Below the pieces are notes generated by a model that made no database searches, was not told where the DNA came from, and saw only the letters and a list, made by a program, of their open reading frames with translations. Source: Chloroflexota bacterium (GTDB lineage: Bacteria; Chloroflexota; Limnocylindria; Limnocylindrales; CSP1-4). Taken from it: 51,121 bases of DNA. The stretch is taken from the NCBI GenBank assembly GCA_031369685.1, contig JANMPD010000008.1:1-51121 (forward strand), read 5' to 3'. Shown piece after piece: positions 49,074 through 51,121 of the stretch. A program made the translations under genes and the position numbers. Every line of letters starts with the position of its first letter. The stretch's first letter is position 1.

Positions 49074-49703
49074 ATGTTCGTATTCAACCGTGTGATTCGC
49101 CGCCTCGCCGTGGTACCGCTCGGCGCGATCCTCGCGCTGGGCTCAGTGAGCGCGGTCGCGGCCGGGCAACCGGTGAGCGGCGTGCTCAACCCGCCGCCAC
49201 CGAGCTTCTACACGTGCATGGCCATCGGCGACGGCACCATCTGTCGGGCCTCGACATCCGACACCTATGCGGACGAGGCGACCGGGATCATGTGCGGCAG
49301 CGGAGCAAGCCAGTTCGAAGTCATCGACTCCGGAACGCGGAATGTCGAGGCGACTCGGTACTACGATCGCAACGGCAACCTGACCCTGCGAGCCCGGACC
49401 TTCTCGTTCCGTGGCGCCCATGTCAGCAACCCGCTGACAGGAGCGTCGATCTATTACAAGCAGCGCAACGTCGACCGCGACGAGCTCGCCGTTCCCGGCG
49501 ATTTCGACTCGGCTACCACGTACGGGCACGGTGTCGTCGCGATGACCGTCCCCGGCTTTGGCGCGGTCTTGCTCGAGGCCGGACGGGTTGTTATCGGTCC
49601 AAGCGGTAACGTCGAGTCCCAGTCCGGTCGATCGGACGTGGCCGACTACTTTGCCGGCCAGACCGAGATCGTCGCCAACCTGTGTGCCGTCCTCGGCGGC
49701 TGA
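49074..49703 (+). CDS. Secreted 4-Cys hypothetical protein (module 2)
   Basis: ATG 49074 after AAGGAG; signal peptide ending AVAA; paralog of 44284..44928. Confidence 0.8.
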   Translation: MFVFNRVIRRLAVVPLGAILALGSVSAVAAGQPVSGVLNPPPPSFYTCMAIGDGTICRASTSDTYADEATGIMCGSGASQFEVIDSGTRNVEATRYYDRNGNLTLRARTFSFRGAHVSNPLTGASIYYKQRNVDRDELAVPGDFDSATTYGHGVVAMTVPGFGAVLLEAGRVVIGPSGNVESQSGRSDVADYFAGQTEIVANLCAVLGG

Positions 49704-49714
49704 AGTCCAGCGCA

Positions 49715-49751
49715 GCGGGTGGTGCCCGGGATCTCGACTGGGCACCACCGC
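49715..49751 (+). other. Intergenic stem-loop without U-tract (module 2)
   Basis: GCGGGTGGTGCCCGG-GATCTCGA-CTGGGCACCACCGC. Confidence 0.65.
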
Positions 49752-49805
49752 AGTCCCCAAGTCGCGACCCTCCCTTGAGGTCACGACATTCACGAAGGAG
49801 ACCTC

Positions 49806-50924
49806 ATGATCGCGTCCCGCCGATTAGTCGCCGTCTTGTCCCTACTCACAACCGTGGCGGTTGCTTGCTCGTCCGCTTCAGTAGGCACTCCCGGCACGTC
49901 GGCCACGCCCAGCGCAACCCCGACCGCGACCTCAGTTGCCACGACCGCCGCGCCCACGCCGATCGCCGTCCTCGATGGCGAGCCGTGGATCGTCTACGAG
50001 CAGGGGGGTCATACCGACTCAGCGGGCGTGGACGGGACGGGCATCTCGATGGTCCGCCCGGACGGCCCGGAGCCGCACCTACTGATCACGACCCGCGCAG
50101 AGCATCCGGACTGGTCTCCCGACGGCAAGCTGATCGCCGTCGTCGCTGAGCTTGCGAACGACGTCTCGGAGATATGGACGGTGAACGCAGACGGGACGGA
50201 CGCGAAGACGCTGATCGCGTGTGTCGAAGCGCCATGTGTGGGATTTGCGGCACCGGCGTGGTCACGCGACGGAAAGCAGTTGGCCTTCATGCGGTACCTC
50301 CAACCGGCCGCCAACGGGTACGAGGACGATCAAATCGCGATCGAAGTGCTCGACCTCGCGACGGGCACGACGCGGGTGGTCGCGATGTCTCCCGTTGTCG
50401 CCGATTCCGAGTACGTCGAATACATCTCTCCGCGCTGGTCCCCGGATGGCATACAGATCGTGTTCACGGTCATGCGGTACCCGACACCACCGACCGACGA
50501 GAACATCCTGAGCAGCTCCATCGCCGTCGTGAAGGCGGACGGCTCCGAGGTCGATGCGCCCCGCATCCTGACCGACCCGGCGCTGTTCGGTTCCTATCCT
50601 GATTGGAGCCCTGACGGCGTGCGCATCGTGTTCAACACGTACCCGATCGGCTCGTTCCAGGACACGACCAAGGCACAGAATCTTTACACGATCCGGCCTG
50701 ACGGCACGGAAATGACCCAGATCACCCACTTCGGTGAGCACGACGCCCGGGCCATCGAGCCAACCTGGACCCCCGACGGCAGGCGGATCATCTTCGTGCA
50801 CATCACGCCCGACGCCAACAACCCGTGGGGTGCCCGTCACATCGCCTTTGTCGACGCCGACGGCTCGAATCTGAACGTCCTTGAATGGTTCGGGACCCAT
50901 CCGCGACTGCGGCCAACGCCCTGA
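49806..50924 (+). CDS. TolB-like (PD40) beta-propeller lipoprotein (module 2)
   Basis: SD AAGGAG; lipobox AVA-C, S/T/P linker, DGEPW, repeated WSPDG, ends RLRPTP. Confidence 0.82.
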   Translation: MIASRRLVAVLSLLTTVAVACSSASVGTPGTSATPSATPTATSVATTAAPTPIAVLDGEPWIVYEQGGHTDSAGVDGTGISMVRPDGPEPHLLITTRAEHPDWSPDGKLIAVVAELANDVSEIWTVNADGTDAKTLIACVEAPCVGFAAPAWSRDGKQLAFMRYLQPAANGYEDDQIAIEVLDLATGTTRVVAMSPVVADSEYVEYISPRWSPDGIQIVFTVMRYPTPPTDENILSSSIAVVKADGSEVDAPRILTDPALFGSYPDWSPDGVRIVFNTYPIGSFQDTTKAQNLYTIRPDGTEMTQITHFGEHDARAIEPTWTPDGRRIIFVHITPDANNPWGARHIAFVDADGSNLNVLEWFGTHPRLRPTP

Positions 50925-50940
50925 CCATCACGCTGCAGGG

Positions 50941-50969
50941 TTGCCCAGGGACCTGTCTTCCGGTACCAT
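50941..50969 (+). promoter_or_regulatory. Housekeeping sigma-70-type promoter of pyrG
   Basis: TTGCCC (50941-46), 17-nt spacer, TACCAT (50964-69); SD GGAGG before ATG 50997. Confidence 0.65.
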
Positions 50970-50996
50970 TCGAAAAACCCCCGGAGGACTCGATCC

Positions 50997-51121
50997 ATGG
51001 CGAAGTATGTCTTTGTGACCGGAGGCGTCACCTCCTCACTCGGCAAGGGCATCACCGCCGCCAGCATCGGTCGATTGCTGAAGGCGCGGGGTCTCAAGGT
51101 CTCCATCCTCAAGCTGGATCC
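50997..51121 (+). CDS. pyrG: CTP synthase, 5' end; runs off the window
   Basis: Not in the ORF track. [41 protein letters not shown]. Confidence 0.96.
   Translation, partial: MAKYVFVTGGVTSSLGKGITAASIGRLLKARGLKVSILKLD

Noticed and set aside
42047-50940. Mobile element or prophage explanation for the ECF block
   Set aside because: No integrase, transposase, phage gene, flanking tRNA or terminal repeats were seen.

Overview
High-GC bacterial chromosomal segment, mostly housekeeping, with one accessory block. The protein style resembles Chloroflexota (Limnocylindria-like); that assignment is an inference from memory and was not checked. Left to right: (1) a selenocysteine machinery cluster (partial Cys-type selD, tRNA-Sec, selA, selB, mobA-like) split by a fused trehalose-6-P synthase/phosphatase; (2) hydrolases, transporters and a zinc-ribbon protein with a structured leader; (3) an Mre11/SbcD-like nuclease plus a Rad50/SbcC-like ATPase with a transmembrane hairpin (YhaO/YhaN-like), a stand-alone Pnkp-type kinase and a Rieske membrane protein; (4) citrate synthase and a TPR-class III cyclase facing a stand-alone cNMP-binding protein; (5) a pentose-phosphate cluster (tkt, rpiB, pgi, gnd, zwf, opcA, pgl) divergent from a PfkB-psuG-DUF1295-ABC exporter operon; (6) an about 8.6 kb block before pyrG with two diverged copies of a four-gene module: ECF sigma, single-TM anti-sigma-like protein, secreted 4-Cys protein, hairpin, TolB-like propeller lipoprotein. 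This module is the best candidate for an undescribed system. Ten genes have a TAnnnT box 6-7 nt before the start codon, suggesting widespread leaderless mRNAs. No CRISPR array, rRNA, transposase or integrase was seen. All family calls come from recognising motifs by eye; no database searches were run.
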